Shown here: piece after piece, positions 1 through 10,428 of the stretch | Layout: each line of letters begins with the position of its first letter | Numbering within the stretch: position 1 is the first letter of the stretch | Assembly: GCA_964609795.1 (NCBI GenBank) | Contig: CAZSTC010000002.1 | Location: forward strand, 29,849 to 93,848 | DNA length: 64,000 nucleotides | Origin: an uncultured Verrucomicrobiota bacterium | Lineage (GTDB): Bacteria > Verrucomicrobiota > Verrucomicrobiia > Limisphaerales > UBA1412 | Reading direction: 5' to 3' | Program-made: the position numbers and the translations under genes | The notes under the pieces: generated by a model | What the model was told of the DNA's origin: nothing | Databases searched by the model: none | The model's input: only the letters and a program-made list of their open reading frames with translations

Positions 1-165
1 TATGCTGGTGGGGCAAGTTCACTGGACGATCTGAAACTCGTCACCCGGCTCAGCGGAGGTAAACTCGATATGACCATGGGGTCCGCATTGGATATTTTTG
101 GAGGACATGTGAAATACGCCGACCTTGTGGCATTCAACCAAAACCTGCTCGACAATACCCCGTAG
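1..165 (+). CDS. 3' fragment of a HisA/HisF-family TIM-barrel enzyme, most like HIS6-type HisA (ProFAR isomerase); the start lies outside the window
   Basis: Frame +1 is open from base 1 to TAG at 163-165: YAGGASSLDDLKLVTRLSGGKLDMTMGSALDIFGGHVKYADLVAFNQNLLDNTP. The GG-x4-DL and GSALDIFGG C-terminal phosphate-binding pattern is what I recall for eukaryote-type HisA. It is absent from the ORF track because it has no start codon. Confidence 0.5.
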   Translation, partial: YAGGASSLDDLKLVTRLSGGKLDMTMGSALDIFGGHVKYADLVAFNQNLLDNTP

Positions 166-186
166 CTCTTCTAGAATAGAGCTATT

Positions 187-3100
187 ATGAAACGGTTTAA
201 ACGTTGCTTTTGGGGGCCAATTCTATTGCTAATTCCTTTTCTTTTCCCCTCTTCACTCCTGGCTCAGGGAGGTGCTGAGGTTAAAGTCATAATGGATTTT
301 CTAAACGGCTTTGGCTCAGCAACACTATCAAAACCAATCATTGATGTCGCCTTAAGACAGAGCACCTGTGGCGGAATTACATCCCCATCTCTTTTTCAGC
401 ATCCGGTTGTCGCCACCCAGCCTTCTACCGTTTCTTATCAATTGGAACTGCCCCGGAGTACAGGTTCACAAAAACTCTTTTTGGTAACAGATACGGGGTT
501 GGCTGACGGAATTCAGTGGGGACAGTTAGACGCCGATGGAGTTCGATTCCTCATCCGAATCAACAATCAAGTAGTTCTGGATCAAACCCTCACTGAATGC
601 AAGTGGATACACCATTGCATAGATTTGAACCCTTTCCAAAACCGTAAAATTAAAATCGATTTCATCACATTACCGGGGCGGAACACCGTTTATGACTGGG
701 CCAATTGGGGAGAGCCTCGAATCCTTTTGTTCAACAATTCTATCCCCCTCCAGAACAATAAAATTCCTCTCAATGCCGGCGTAATTGCCTTTCAACATGA
801 CAGCACACAGGCTCTATCAATCAAATTAGCTTCTGACGATGGCATCCAAGTCAAAAATTGGAATTACCCTCCGGGGAATAATGCGACATCAGGAAACCGT
901 TGGGATGTTTTAGAGTATGATTTCGATGATGCTCTCTCAACATCTCTTCAGTTCGATCCGCCAACCTCCGTTCGCTCCACGCTCATCGGATATTATAACC
1001 CTGACCTTTCTCTTGATTACATTACACCCGCTCAAGCCCTCGTCACCCCCAACTCCATCCTTCCCCTACGTTTCAAGGTTACCAATAAAGGTAAAGGCAA
1101 ACTGACTAAAGGAACCGCCCAGGTGGTCGCATATGATGCTTCTAAGAATCCCATTGGAGCAGGTTCAATCCCCGAACTTAGAACTGATGATTCCTGGATC
1201 GGGGATATTATGTGGACTACCCCAGCTCGGACTGGACCTACTTTTGTCACCGGAAAACTTTTGGTGGGCGACTCTCGATCGGCTTTAAGCTCCAATTCCT
1301 CAGCAATCCGAATCAGTAACACGACCGAACAAACTCGCACTGCGTCCGTAGACATTATCCCAGATGATATGACGTCTTCCCAAGGATCCCGCTGGCTGGA
1401 TAACGGAAAGGTAAAAATCGTTTTTTTACGTCATCAAACAGGCATTCATTACGCCAAAATATATAGTAAAAAGGGAGAAGATTGGGAACAGGTTGCTCTC
1501 TGGAAGCCGCTCATTCAGGTAAACCTCAATACACCGCAAGGTCCTGTAACATGGGAGCCTTCATTCACGCAAGTATTTCGAGGCCGTAATTCAGATTCTT
1601 CTGAGCGCTACACCAATTCCTGGCAATTCAGCTCCCCACTGCGAGATTCTGCGAATAACCTCTGGAATATCGGACTTAATGTTACTTTAGATAACGAAAA
1701 ACCTGAATTGGATATCACGTATACTTGGAGTTCCACAGGCTCTCCTTCTGTTCATTCGCTCTTGGGACCCAATATCTATGTTGGTGAAGGGACATTTGGC
1801 GCAGGCAAAATTTCCGGACTTTTCCCCGGTTTGGAATATCTTTACGGAGCCGAAGCATCCTCCTCTACGCGCGATTTTGCAGCAAAAATCGCAGATCGAC
1901 GTTCACCGGATTCGACTAAAATTACGATTCCTCTTATGGCCATCTCCTGGGGGGAAACGAATCAATCACCTGTTCTTAACCCAGAGCGTTTCTTCTGTCC
2001 GGATTCCACCAAGGATTACTGGAGCGTAGGTAATCAGCCCCAAAAAACGCTTTCGCTTTATTGGGACATTTTTCAAAAATGGGATGGTGTTCACGGGATG
2101 CCGACACCTCGCTTTTCATCTCCCAATTTTGATCAGGGAATGAATAATCACCGCTTGGCACTTTTTCTCCCTTCTATTCCGGATTACTTTCCGGAAAACC
2201 AGGATTATTCGTACTCTTGGACTCTAGAGCCCTATAAGGTGTATAGCCTCAATGCACAAATTGCCATCACTGATGGCCCGGTGCTGAGCTCAGTGCGGCA
2301 CTACCTGAAAAAAAACAACGGACTGCCCTCCGTCAATGCTTGGCCACGCTCCCCATCGCAACAAAGAGAGCTCTGCCGAATAGGTTTTGATAGCGTTTGG
2401 GATGGTACCAATAAATGGGCTCACTGTATTGACTGGCCATACGCACCCGCACCGGGCTTTGCCACTTTGCTTTGGAACGATGTTTTTAGCGATTCTTCAC
2501 TGGAGTCAGAGCGGCTGCCGGGTAAACCGTTTGAGGGCAAAGTTGCAGAAATAATTCAGGAGCGAATTCAGCCTATGGTCGATGGAATTCTTGCAACTGA
2601 TAAAACAGGGAGCTCTCTTTCCAGCTCCAGCCAATGCCACATTATGCTCTGGGAATTTCCTTTTCACTACGGCTACCTGGAAGAAGCTTGGAATGCTGTT
2701 GAACAGCAAATTCAAAGCTTGATCGCGGCACAGGAAACTAATGGAAGCTGGCTATTCAAACCAGTCCAGACGCAACAAAAAACGCTGGGGCAAAGCGGAG
2801 ATGCAACCATGGGCACAACAGCCTATAACGCTATGAAACTTCTCCGACATGCAAGGATAACCGGTAGTTCTTCAAGTCGCGAAGCCGGATTAAAAGCTTT
2901 GAGTTTTATCGGCCAATTCAATGTTCCTCGTGGCGGACAGGTCTGGGAGTGCCCTTTATACCAGCCGGATATTCTGCCAGCAGCCTACACAATAGGCGCA
3001 TGTGTGGATGCCTGGCGTTTGACGGGAAATCTTGACCATATCGATCATGCTGTGAGGTGGGCAGATAGCGGAATCCCTTTCATTTACCTCTGGTCTCTTC

Positions 3101-3789
3101 CAAATAAACCGATGATGTTAGGATCAACCATTCCTGTTTTCGGGAGTACTTTTTATACTCACACCTGGCTGGCGGTGCCGGTTCAATGGAATGGATTGGT
3201 TTACTCCTATCACTTGATTCATCTGGCTGAGACTATGGAGAAAATAGCTTCTGGCGGAACGACACTCCCTCAAGGAATATTGGAGTTTACACCGAATGAC
3301 TGGCGCAGCATTCAGGCGCATATTCTGGCGAGTGCCACACACCAGCAATGCATTGAGGGAAAACTGATCGGGACATATCCCGACAGCATCAGCAACTTTG
3401 AGAAGCGCAATGGTGCATTTATTAATCCAGAGGATATCCTACTCAACCAATTGGCTCTTGAAGGGTTTGACCCGGATATTCACTCTGTAATCCTGAAAAA
3501 AGATCAACCAGAGTACACGGTGTTAAGTACCGCAGCCACCATATTACAAGCAGCCTCAACTTCGCAGAAGTATGAGTTGGTGTTAAAATACTATGCCGGA
3601 TGCACTATTTACGCCATGATTACGAATGTAGCGCAAAGGCCGGAAGAAGTTAAAGTTGACGGGACTGTACTCGCTTACAGTGAGGATACCATCGCAAGAC
3701 AGCCAAGCTGGCACTACAATAGGGAGAAAAAGTGCATCTATCTCGCCGTCCCCAACTTAAAAGGGACTGCATCCATAGAGATAAAATAA
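187..3789 (+). CDS. Large secreted protein of unknown function (1200 aa); candidate glycan-active enzyme with a C-terminal alpha/alpha-toroid-like region
   Basis: Uninterrupted 3.6-kb ORF. The N-terminus MKRFKRCFWGPILLLIPFLFPSSLLAQG looks like a Sec signal peptide. LPLRFKVTNKGKGKLTKGTAQVVAYD resembles a CARDB-type beta-sandwich. Residues ~820-1000 (WEFPFHYGYLEEAW, NGSWLF, TTAYNAMKLL, AAYTIGACVDAWRLTG) look like paired helices of an (alpha/alpha)6 barrel. I could not recognise a named family. Confidence 0.85.
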   Translation: MKRFKRCFWGPILLLIPFLFPSSLLAQGGAEVKVIMDFLNGFGSATLSKPIIDVALRQSTCGGITSPSLFQHPVVATQPSTVSYQLELPRSTGSQKLFLVTDTGLADGIQWGQLDADGVRFLIRINNQVVLDQTLTECKWIHHCIDLNPFQNRKIKIDFITLPGRNTVYDWANWGEPRILLFNNSIPLQNNKIPLNAGVIAFQHDSTQALSIKLASDDGIQVKNWNYPPGNNATSGNRWDVLEYDFDDALSTSLQFDPPTSVRSTLIGYYNPDLSLDYITPAQALVTPNSILPLRFKVTNKGKGKLTKGTAQVVAYDASKNPIGAGSIPELRTDDSWIGDIMWTTPARTGPTFVTGKLLVGDSRSALSSNSSAIRISNTTEQTRTASVDIIPDDMTSSQGSRWLDNGKVKIVFLRHQTGIHYAKIYSKKGEDWEQVALWKPLIQVNLNTPQGPVTWEPSFTQVFRGRNSDSSERYTNSWQFSSPLRDSANNLWNIGLNVTLDNEKPELDITYTWSSTGSPSVHSLLGPNIYVGEGTFGAGKISGLFPGLEYLYGAEASSSTRDFAAKIADRRSPDSTKITIPLMAISWGETNQSPVLNPERFFCPDSTKDYWSVGNQPQKTLSLYWDIFQKWDGVHGMPTPRFSSPNFDQGMNNHRLALFLPSIPDYFPENQDYSYSWTLEPYKVYSLNAQIAITDGPVLSSVRHYLKKNNGLPSVNAWPRSPSQQRELCRIGFDSVWDGTNKWAHCIDWPYAPAPGFATLLWNDVFSDSSLESERLPGKPFEGKVAEIIQERIQPMVDGILATDKTGSSLSSSSQCHIMLWEFPFHYGYLEEAWNAVEQQIQSLIAAQETNGSWLFKPVQTQQKTLGQSGDATMGTTAYNAMKLLRHARITGSSSSREAGLKALSFIGQFNVPRGGQVWECPLYQPDILPAAYTIGACVDAWRLTGNLDHIDHAVRWADSGIPFIYLWSLPNKPMMLGSTIPVFGSTFYTHTWLAVPVQWNGLVYSYHLIHLAETMEKIASGGTTLPQGILEFTPNDWRSIQAHILASATHQQCIEGKLIGTYPDSISNFEKRNGAFINPEDILLNQLALEGFDPDIHSVILKKDQPEYTVLSTAATILQAASTSQKYELVLKYYAGCTIYAMITNVAQRPEEVKVDGTVLAYSEDTIARQPSWHYNREKKCIYLAVPNLKGTASIEIK

Positions 3790-3824
3790 CCGAGATTTAA
3801 TCCGTACTATCCACTTCGTCGATT

Positions 3825-4964
3825 TTAAGCACGGAGAAAGATAGAGCGCTTATAGCAATATCTCAGAATTCCGAAAATTATAAGCACCTTGGCTAATTCA
3901 GTGAAAAACGGATAGTAGTCGCCGGTGTATTGTTTCAAACCATGAAGCCAGTAATGCGTTAGCGAACTGACCTCCAGCGTATTGTAAAGCATATAGGCGA
4001 GAATAGAATTCATCCCGTAAATTTTCAGCCACATCAGTCCGAAACGCCATTTCAGGCCATCGACTAAATAATAGGTACAGGCCATCAAAACAATAGAAAT
4101 TCCGCTGGTGAGAAAAGTCATTGAACTTGTCCAGAGGTGTTTATTGACAGGCTCGAAGAATGAAATAAACCAAGCCAGCAGTAAGGAAACGCCTCCCAGT
4201 AGAAGCAACCGATAAAGTTTCTGCAGAGGAGACCATCCACTTTTCAAACACCAACCTGTTATGAACCCTGTTAGAACAGTCGTGGTGAAATTCAAGGTGC
4301 TGTAAATCCAGGTGTACTGATACCAACCGGCATACTGCACTACTCCCAAATCGTTAACACTTGCCCCCGGTGCAAACCTTCCCATTATGGCGCGATCGAC
4401 CACCATAGCCAAATTAACATCAGGTGCATACCCTTTTCCATAAGCCAGCATTCCGAATGTGTATAAGGCCGGTAAAATGATAACAGCGATAGATACACCT
4501 CTAATCCCTGCGAACATATAAATTAATACAGCGAATAGATAGCCTGACGCGATAGATTGCAAAGTATTGCTATAGAACGAAAGACGGTTCAAATCGAAAT
4601 CCAGGAGATTCCCCTGGACGATAGCCCCAAAAACGAAAAGCAGCAGCACACGCTTCCCTATTCTCACACCCATCTTTTGCAGCGAAACTTCTCCTCGCTT
4701 GTATTTAGCTAGGGCAAAAGGGATGGAAACTCCGGCCATAAAAAGAAACAGTGGCATAATCATGTCCCAGAGGCGTAATCCTTCCCATCCGACATGTGTA
4801 AAAAGTTTTTCCCAGACAACATGACAAACATTATTTGGGGGCAACGCACGGACAATATCCCCTAAAATCGGCTGAAAAAAGACCAGTAGAAAAAGATCAA
4901 TCCCGCGAAGCACATCCAAAGACTCCAACCTTTCGGAAACAGCTACCTTCGTTTTCATGTTCAT
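3825..4964 (-). CDS. DUF5009/DUF1624-type membrane acyltransferase, homologous to heparan-alpha-glucosaminide N-acetyltransferase (HGSNAT)
   Basis: N-terminal RLESLDVLRGIDLFLLV motif followed by about 10 hydrophobic spans, as in HGSNAT-like proteins. Confidence 0.8.
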   Translation of the reverse strand: MNMKTKVAVSERLESLDVLRGIDLFLLVFFQPILGDIVRALPPNNVCHVVWEKLFTHVGWEGLRLWDMIMPLFLFMAGVSIPFALAKYKRGEVSLQKMGVRIGKRVLLLFVFGAIVQGNLLDFDLNRLSFYSNTLQSIASGYLFAVLIYMFAGIRGVSIAVIILPALYTFGMLAYGKGYAPDVNLAMVVDRAIMGRFAPGASVNDLGVVQYAGWYQYTWIYSTLNFTTTVLTGFITGWCLKSGWSPLQKLYRLLLLGGVSLLLAWFISFFEPVNKHLWTSSMTFLTSGISIVLMACTYYLVDGLKWRFGLMWLKIYGMNSILAYMLYNTLEVSSLTHYWLHGLKQYTGDYYPFFTELAKVLIIFGILRYCYKRSIFLRA

Positions 4965-5061
4965 ATATAAGTAAAATCCGGCGACATATTCTCACAGCAT
5001 ATTCTTAGTGACAAGCAGATTCACTATTGACAGCCGGGCTCCCTGGTATCAGACTTTCCCA

Positions 5062-6297
5062 ATGTTTAGGCAATGGTCATTGAGGGTTGTATTGGCTGCA
5101 GCTCTTTTTGCTTCACTAACGCAAGGATGCCGTTTGAGCGATAACGGCTGGAATCAAAAAACAACTGCAGCTTGCCCCTGCTGGGATAAGGAAAAAATGG
5201 CAGAGATTGAAACATCTGTTCAAGATCGCATCAATAATGGAGATATACCAGGTGGCGTACTGCGGATTCATATGGAATCTTCCCGTACTACTGATCGCTA
5301 TAGTAAAGCCCGTGTATATGAACGCACCGTCGTTTTTGGGGATAAAGCTTTGCAACCTAATGTGGAACCTAACTCTGAAGATACTATTTATGATTTAGCC
5401 TCTCTCACTAAAGTCGTTGCTACCGCTCCCAGTATCATGCTTTTGCAAGAAAGAGGGCTCATTGATGTCGATGCTCCTGCATCGCAATACTTGCCGTCTT
5501 TTACAAACAGCGCTCAAAAATCGATCACCGTTCGCCATTTGCTCACTCACACTTCCGGTCTCAGGCCCGGTATCGGCTACAAAGGGTGGAGCGGCTACAA
5601 TGCTGGAATCGCCACTGCCTGCAAGGAATTACCCAAGCAAGAACCCGGCACCCAGTTTGTATATAGCGACATTAATTTCATCCTGCTGGGTGAAATCGTC
5701 AGAACTGTCAGCAATAAACGGATTGATCAATTCGCGCTTGAGAATATTTATAAACCGCTCGGCATGGTGGATACTTGTTACAACCCGCCTTTGGAAAAAA
5801 CAGATCGAATTGCCCCCACTCAGCTAACTGATGGAGCAATACTTCGAGGCGTGGTACATGACCCCACAGCACGTACGATGGATGGGGTTGCCGGACATGC
5901 CGGAATTTTCAGCACTATCGCTGATTTAGCTCTCTACAACAATATGCTGCTGCATGAAGGGCGATATGGTAAAAACCTGAAGAGACATCTTTTTAAACCT
6001 GAAACGATTCGCCTTATGGCTAGCACTCAATCTCCGGCCGGCTTGGAGGCCCAGCGAAGTCTGGGCTGGGATGTAGCCACAGGCTACAGCAGTCCTCGCG
6101 GAGATATTTTTCCTCCGGGTGAATCTTTTGGACATACGGGCTTTACCGGAACCAGTATGTGGATTTTTCCTAAAGAAGGCATTTTTTATATCTTCCTCTC
6201 CAATAGGGTCCATCCCGATGGAAAGGGAAACGTGCTGGGTCTGCAGCGAGTTTTGGGAACGAAGATTGCTGAAATGAAGAGTCTCTTTCCGGAGTAG
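5062..6297 (+). CDS. Serine hydrolase of the beta-lactamase/PBP4* (class C-like) family, probable lipoprotein
   Basis: S-x-x-K motif ASLTKVVAT, Y-x-N-like YSDINF, and FGHTGFTG (K/H-T-G box). I prefer ATG 5062 (MFRQWSLRVVLAAALFASLTQGC, signal peptide with a lipobox-like LTQGC) over the GTG at 5008 used by the ORF track. Confidence 0.85.
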   Translation: MFRQWSLRVVLAAALFASLTQGCRLSDNGWNQKTTAACPCWDKEKMAEIETSVQDRINNGDIPGGVLRIHMESSRTTDRYSKARVYERTVVFGDKALQPNVEPNSEDTIYDLASLTKVVATAPSIMLLQERGLIDVDAPASQYLPSFTNSAQKSITVRHLLTHTSGLRPGIGYKGWSGYNAGIATACKELPKQEPGTQFVYSDINFILLGEIVRTVSNKRIDQFALENIYKPLGMVDTCYNPPLEKTDRIAPTQLTDGAILRGVVHDPTARTMDGVAGHAGIFSTIADLALYNNMLLHEGRYGKNLKRHLFKPETIRLMASTQSPAGLEAQRSLGWDVATGYSSPRGDIFPPGESFGHTGFTGTSMWIFPKEGIFYIFLSNRVHPDGKGNVLGLQRVLGTKIAEMKSLFPE

Positions 6298-6346
6298 AAA
6301 AATCTATTAAATAACGTTCTCTCTTGGGTATTTAGCCCTTCCCGGG

Positions 6347-7246
6347 TTAACTTGGGACTATTATAGGGAGCCTTCTTGAAGCTATCCTGAAACTTACAGG
6401 AAGGTTTCCTGCCCATTCACCTTCGAGCTGAAAACTGCAACCCGCCCCTTGCAGACTCACATGTCGAGTCTGAAAAGTATATCTATCTTTAAGACAAAAA
6501 TTTCCGCTCTTACAAAATCTCAATAAAATGCGGAAAAGCGTGGGGAAATTCAGTTTTGGGAAATATGTCACGTCTAAAAGGCCATCCTCAGTATTCGCAT
6601 GGGGAAAGAGAATATGCTTACCTCCGTAATAACGGCCGTTGCCTACCAGCGCACATTCACAAGAAAGTTTTTTCCCTTCCCATTCACAAGTCAAGTGCGG
6701 ATGTCTTCCAATTAGCGCTCGAAAACCGGCAATCCAATAGGCTAATTTTCCCACTTTCTTTTTTAATTCCCAACTCACCAGCTTCAGGCTAGCCGCATCA
6801 AAACCGGCACCTGCTAACTGGACAACGTAGCGAATATTCTCTTCACCCTCCCATGGGCCAGCACCTTCTTTAACCTCAATTAAATCAATCAGTCGAGTTT
6901 TTCCTTCTTCGATTGCATTCCAGGCATCGGACACTTGCCACGGTAACTTATGTTCAAGTGCAAACACATTCGCCGTGCCAGAAGGAATTACCGCCAGTGA
7001 AGGTAATTTCTCAACTTTTGATCTCATCAGGCCATTCACTACTTCATAAATGGTCCCATCGCCTCCTACAGCAACAACGCAGTCAACTTCATTCAGAGCA
7101 GCCTGAGCTGCCAACTTCATAGCATGCCCCGCCCGTTGGGTCATGAGGAAATCACATTTCCCCTTAAGGACACTCAAGCGATCGATCTGGCAGGATGCTT
7201 TTTGCCCCTTAGCTGCCGGGTTATATATGAGTGATATTTTTCTCAA
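6347..7246 (-). CDS. Diacylglycerol kinase-family lipid kinase (YegS/LCB5-like)
   Basis: N-terminal [11 protein letters not shown] and the [16 protein letters not shown] (GGDGT) catalytic motif. The start is TTG, and it overlaps the upstream gene's stop as TTGA. Confidence 0.85.
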   Translation of the reverse strand: MRKISLIYNPAAKGQKASCQIDRLSVLKGKCDFLMTQRAGHAMKLAAQAALNEVDCVVAVGGDGTIYEVVNGLMRSKVEKLPSLAVIPSGTANVFALEHKLPWQVSDAWNAIEEGKTRLIDLIEVKEGAGPWEGEENIRYVVQLAGAGFDAASLKLVSWELKKKVGKLAYWIAGFRALIGRHPHLTCEWEGKKLSCECALVGNGRYYGGKHILFPHANTEDGLLDVTYFPKLNFPTLFRILLRFCKSGNFCLKDRYTFQTRHVSLQGAGCSFQLEGEWAGNLPVSFRIASRRLPIIVPS

Positions 7247-10200
7247 TCTTTTAGATTCAAATCGGCATCCAGAACGTATACTTTTCGAGATTCAGTCGGG
7301 AAGCTAATCACCTTATCGTGATAGCGCAAGTGGCAAGTTTGCCCCGCATGAGAAAGGATGCTGACCTCATTCAAGAGCCCATTTGACCATGAAAGATTTA
7401 CTTCAAAACCACCACGAGCACGAAGTCCACCCACGGAACCGGAACTCCAGGCAGCAGGCAATGTCGGCAAGAGGACTATTTGCTCTTCTGCGTGACTCTG
7501 AAGAAGCATCTCCATGACTGCGGCAGAACCTCCAAAGTTCCCATCAATCTGGAAAGGAGGATGATTATCAAACATATTGGGCAGAGTGCAACGTGCAAAG
7601 AGCTGCTGTAAATTCTTCCAGGCTAAATCGGAATCCTCAAACCGGGCTGCGAAATTAACGACCCAGGCTCGACTCCAACCGGTTCCACCACCGCCATTAT
7701 TTAAGCGGGTATCAAGACTTTTTCTTAACGCTGTCGCGAGTTCAGGTGTCCCCCTCAAAGAAATTTGATGCCCCGGATGCAGTCCGTAAAAATGCGACAT
7801 ATGACGATGTCCGGGCTCAGCGTCATTGTAGTCCTCTACCCACTCCTGCAGACGACCATCTTTAGGGCTGATTTGAAGCGGTGCTAGCTGCTGGAGTGCC
7901 TTTTTAACTTCAGAAACAAACTCTTTTTCAAACGCCCCGTCTCCAGCATCCAAAACCTTTGCCGCATCCAAGCAATTCTCAAATAAATCCCGGATAATCA
8001 TCAAATCCATCGTTGCTGCATAAGTAAACTGCCCTCGGGTTCCGTCTGAGCGAATAAATGTATTCTCAGGAGAATGACTGGGATTGGTAACTAGGGCACC
8101 GGCAACAGGTGAGCCCTCTGGAGCAGGAACCAGGAAATCCAATACAAATAGCGCAGCTTCTTTCATAATCGGCCAAGCTCTGGTTTTTAGAAACTCTGTG
8201 TCGAGGCTGTAAAGATAATGCTCATAGGGATGGCGTGCCATCCAAGCTGCCGCCATTGGCCAAACGCCCCAAACTCCATCGACGGGTGCCGCTCCACGCC
8301 AAAGATCGGTATTATGATGGGCGACGAATCCACGAGCATTGTAATATTGACGAGCAGTGTCGGCGCCTGTGACACGCAAGTCATCAAGCAAATCGAAAAG
8401 CGGATAGTGGCACTCGGCCAGATTTCCAACCTCAGCCGGCCAATAGTTCATTTCTATATTGATATTAATGGTATATTTACTCCCCCACGCAGGAACCACA
8501 TCTTTATTCCAAATGCCTTGCAGATTCGCAGGTTGAGTGCCGGGACGGCTGGCAGCGAGCAGCAAATAGCGGCCAAACTGCGTGTACAGTTCGGCAAAAT
8601 GAGGATCATTCAAAGAACCTTGACTCTTTTTAATAGCCTCCACCCTTTCATCAGAGGGCAACTTCATAGCCTCTTCGGGCGCAATATATGATTGACGTTT
8701 ATTATCTTTTGCATCGCCAGCCTCAATTTGAGGCGCACTGCCTTCAAGATGAAGCGCAACACGGTTCATATAACCGGCATGATCCACTTTGTGATCCGCT
8801 AAAATGGCTGAATAGGTCTTTTTAACAGCAGTATTCAAGTGAGAACGCCAGCGGGCTGCAGGGTCAGCACTGATATCCATGTAATTCACATAGCTGGTTG
8901 CTGCTGCAAAAAAGAACGTGATACAGTCGGCATTATGCACCTTTAGTTTATTATCGCTGCACTCTAACTGTCCCCCATCCAGTTGAGCTTCCAGACACCC
9001 TTCAAAGCTCAAACCCATGCCTTTCAAATCTGTTTGTATTCCACGAACCTTTCCATCTCCTTCCCAGTGCCCGGCCATTAAGAGACGATTGCCACCTTCG
9101 TACATCAATTTATGCTGGAGAGGCGAACTGAGGCCTGCGCTCATAGTAACAGAGCCGGGTTTACTCCCGGTCACACGAACCACTAAAACCTGATCGACTG
9201 CGGAAATGAAGCTTTCACGAGTATAAGAGACTTCCCCAATTGTATACACCACTCGGGCTACTCCGTTTTCAATGTCCAACTCACGGCGGTAGTTTTTCAC
9301 CTCAGCATGATCCGGAAAACTCAGCAGCAAGTCACCCAAAGGCTGATAGGCCCGCTGATAAAGAGGATCACTCATAAACTCTCTATCGGCTAATTTTGTA
9401 GCTTCAGATGTTTTGCCTTCAAAAAGAAGTTTCTGAATTTCGGGCAAATATTGATAGGCGTTTTTCTTGTTATAGTTATGAGGCCTGCCTGACCAAAGGG
9501 TATCTTCATTTAGCTGAAATAAATCCTTTTTGACCCCGCCAAAAACCATTGCTCCCAAACGACCATTGCCCAAGGGTAAGGCTTGGTTCCAATCAGCTGC
9601 CGGCTGTCTATACCAAAGAGTCATACGAGGATTGGCCGGAGGTTCTGCTTTTCCTGCAAAAGTAAGAGGAGTTTCAGTATCGATTTTCGGTCCCCCAACC
9701 ATTAAATTTTCAAACAGCTTTCTTCCTTTTACTTCAGAAAAAAGCCATGAGCCGACACACCCGGTTGCCCTCATCTTAAACATATCCTTTTCCTCTGCGG
9801 CAGACTTGATATATTCCGGGGATAATATGTCGTTATAAACCGAAGCTCTAGCAATCTCTCCCAAAAACCGATTTTGCCCGTCGCTGTCTGCACCAAAGCG
9901 CAACGGCACCTTGGAAAGAATCAAAGGCTTGAGCTCGGGCGCAGATGCATCGGCTACTTCTTTTCCGTTTAAATAAAGTTTAAAGAGTCCGCGTGATGCG
10001 CTAAAGACACCTGCAACGTGGCTCCACTCCCCGACCGGCAGCTTGGCATCATAAGTAAGGGTTGCATGAGCCGTGATCATCCGCAGCGAGTTGTTCGGAT
10101 ACGTATCCAGCATGTAACCAACGCTCTGACCGGCAATAAGTTTATCTATGATTCGCCCTCCGCCCGGAGATTGCTTTTCGGGCTTAATCCAGGCTTCAAG

Positions 10201-10344
10201 GGAAACGGTGTCTTTCAAGTCCAACGATGAAGAGAGCTCTACTTCAGGGATAGGGCTGGATGCAGTGAAACGCCAAGTTTCTCCAAAAACCGTGCTCATT
10301 GAGGCAGCAGCTATGAAAAATAGAACAAACGCAAACCTTCTCAT
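7243..10344 (-). CDS. Glycoside hydrolase family 95 (alpha-L-fucosidase-like) with an N-terminal LamG/concanavalin-like domain
   Basis: [28 protein letters not shown]...[11 protein letters not shown] is the classic GH95 N-terminal signature, but it begins only at ~residue 240. The preceding ~220 aa ([11 protein letters not shown]...[10 protein letters not shown]...KLYLNGKEV) look like a LamG fold. I prefer ATG 10344 ([21 protein letters not shown], a signal peptide) over the TTG at 10389. Confidence 0.85.
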   Translation of the reverse strand: MRRFAFVLFFIAAASMSTVFGETWRFTASSPIPEVELSSSLDLKDTVSLEAWIKPEKQSPGGGRIIDKLIAGQSVGYMLDTYPNNSLRMITAHATLTYDAKLPVGEWSHVAGVFSASRGLFKLYLNGKEVADASAPELKPLILSKVPLRFGADSDGQNRFLGEIARASVYNDILSPEYIKSAAEEKDMFKMRATGCVGSWLFSEVKGRKLFENLMVGGPKIDTETPLTFAGKAEPPANPRMTLWYRQPAADWNQALPLGNGRLGAMVFGGVKKDLFQLNEDTLWSGRPHNYNKKNAYQYLPEIQKLLFEGKTSEATKLADREFMSDPLYQRAYQPLGDLLLSFPDHAEVKNYRRELDIENGVARVVYTIGEVSYTRESFISAVDQVLVVRVTGSKPGSVTMSAGLSSPLQHKLMYEGGNRLLMAGHWEGDGKVRGIQTDLKGMGLSFEGCLEAQLDGGQLECSDNKLKVHNADCITFFFAAATSYVNYMDISADPAARWRSHLNTAVKKTYSAILADHKVDHAGYMNRVALHLEGSAPQIEAGDAKDNKRQSYIAPEEAMKLPSDERVEAIKKSQGSLNDPHFAELYTQFGRYLLLAASRPGTQPANLQGIWNKDVVPAWGSKYTININIEMNYWPAEVGNLAECHYPLFDLLDDLRVTGADTARQYYNARGFVAHHNTDLWRGAAPVDGVWGVWPMAAAWMARHPYEHYLYSLDTEFLKTRAWPIMKEAALFVLDFLVPAPEGSPVAGALVTNPSHSPENTFIRSDGTRGQFTYAATMDLMIIRDLFENCLDAAKVLDAGDGAFEKEFVSEVKKALQQLAPLQISPKDGRLQEWVEDYNDAEPGHRHMSHFYGLHPGHQISLRGTPELATALRKSLDTRLNNGGGGTGWSRAWVVNFAARFEDSDLAWKNLQQLFARCTLPNMFDNHPPFQIDGNFGGSAAVMEMLLQSHAEEQIVLLPTLPAAWSSGSVGGLRARGGFEVNLSWSNGLLNEVSILSHAGQTCHLRYHDKVISFPTESRKVYVLDADLNLKD

Positions 10345-10428
10345 ACGGGGATTATGGTACTCTGGCCATGTTAAAGAAAGAAAAAACAACGCCTATGAAC
10401 CCATAAACAGGGGCAAGCAGAAAACTTG

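Noticed and set aside
6347-7246. The DAG-kinase-family gene plus the GT21 ceramide-glucosyltransferase-like gene (20587-21729) as evidence for a bacterial sphingolipid pathway.
   Set aside because: The two genes are about 13 kb apart in different operons. No serine palmitoyltransferase, ceramide synthase or reductase homologue is visible in the window. Both families also act on diacylglycerol-type lipids.
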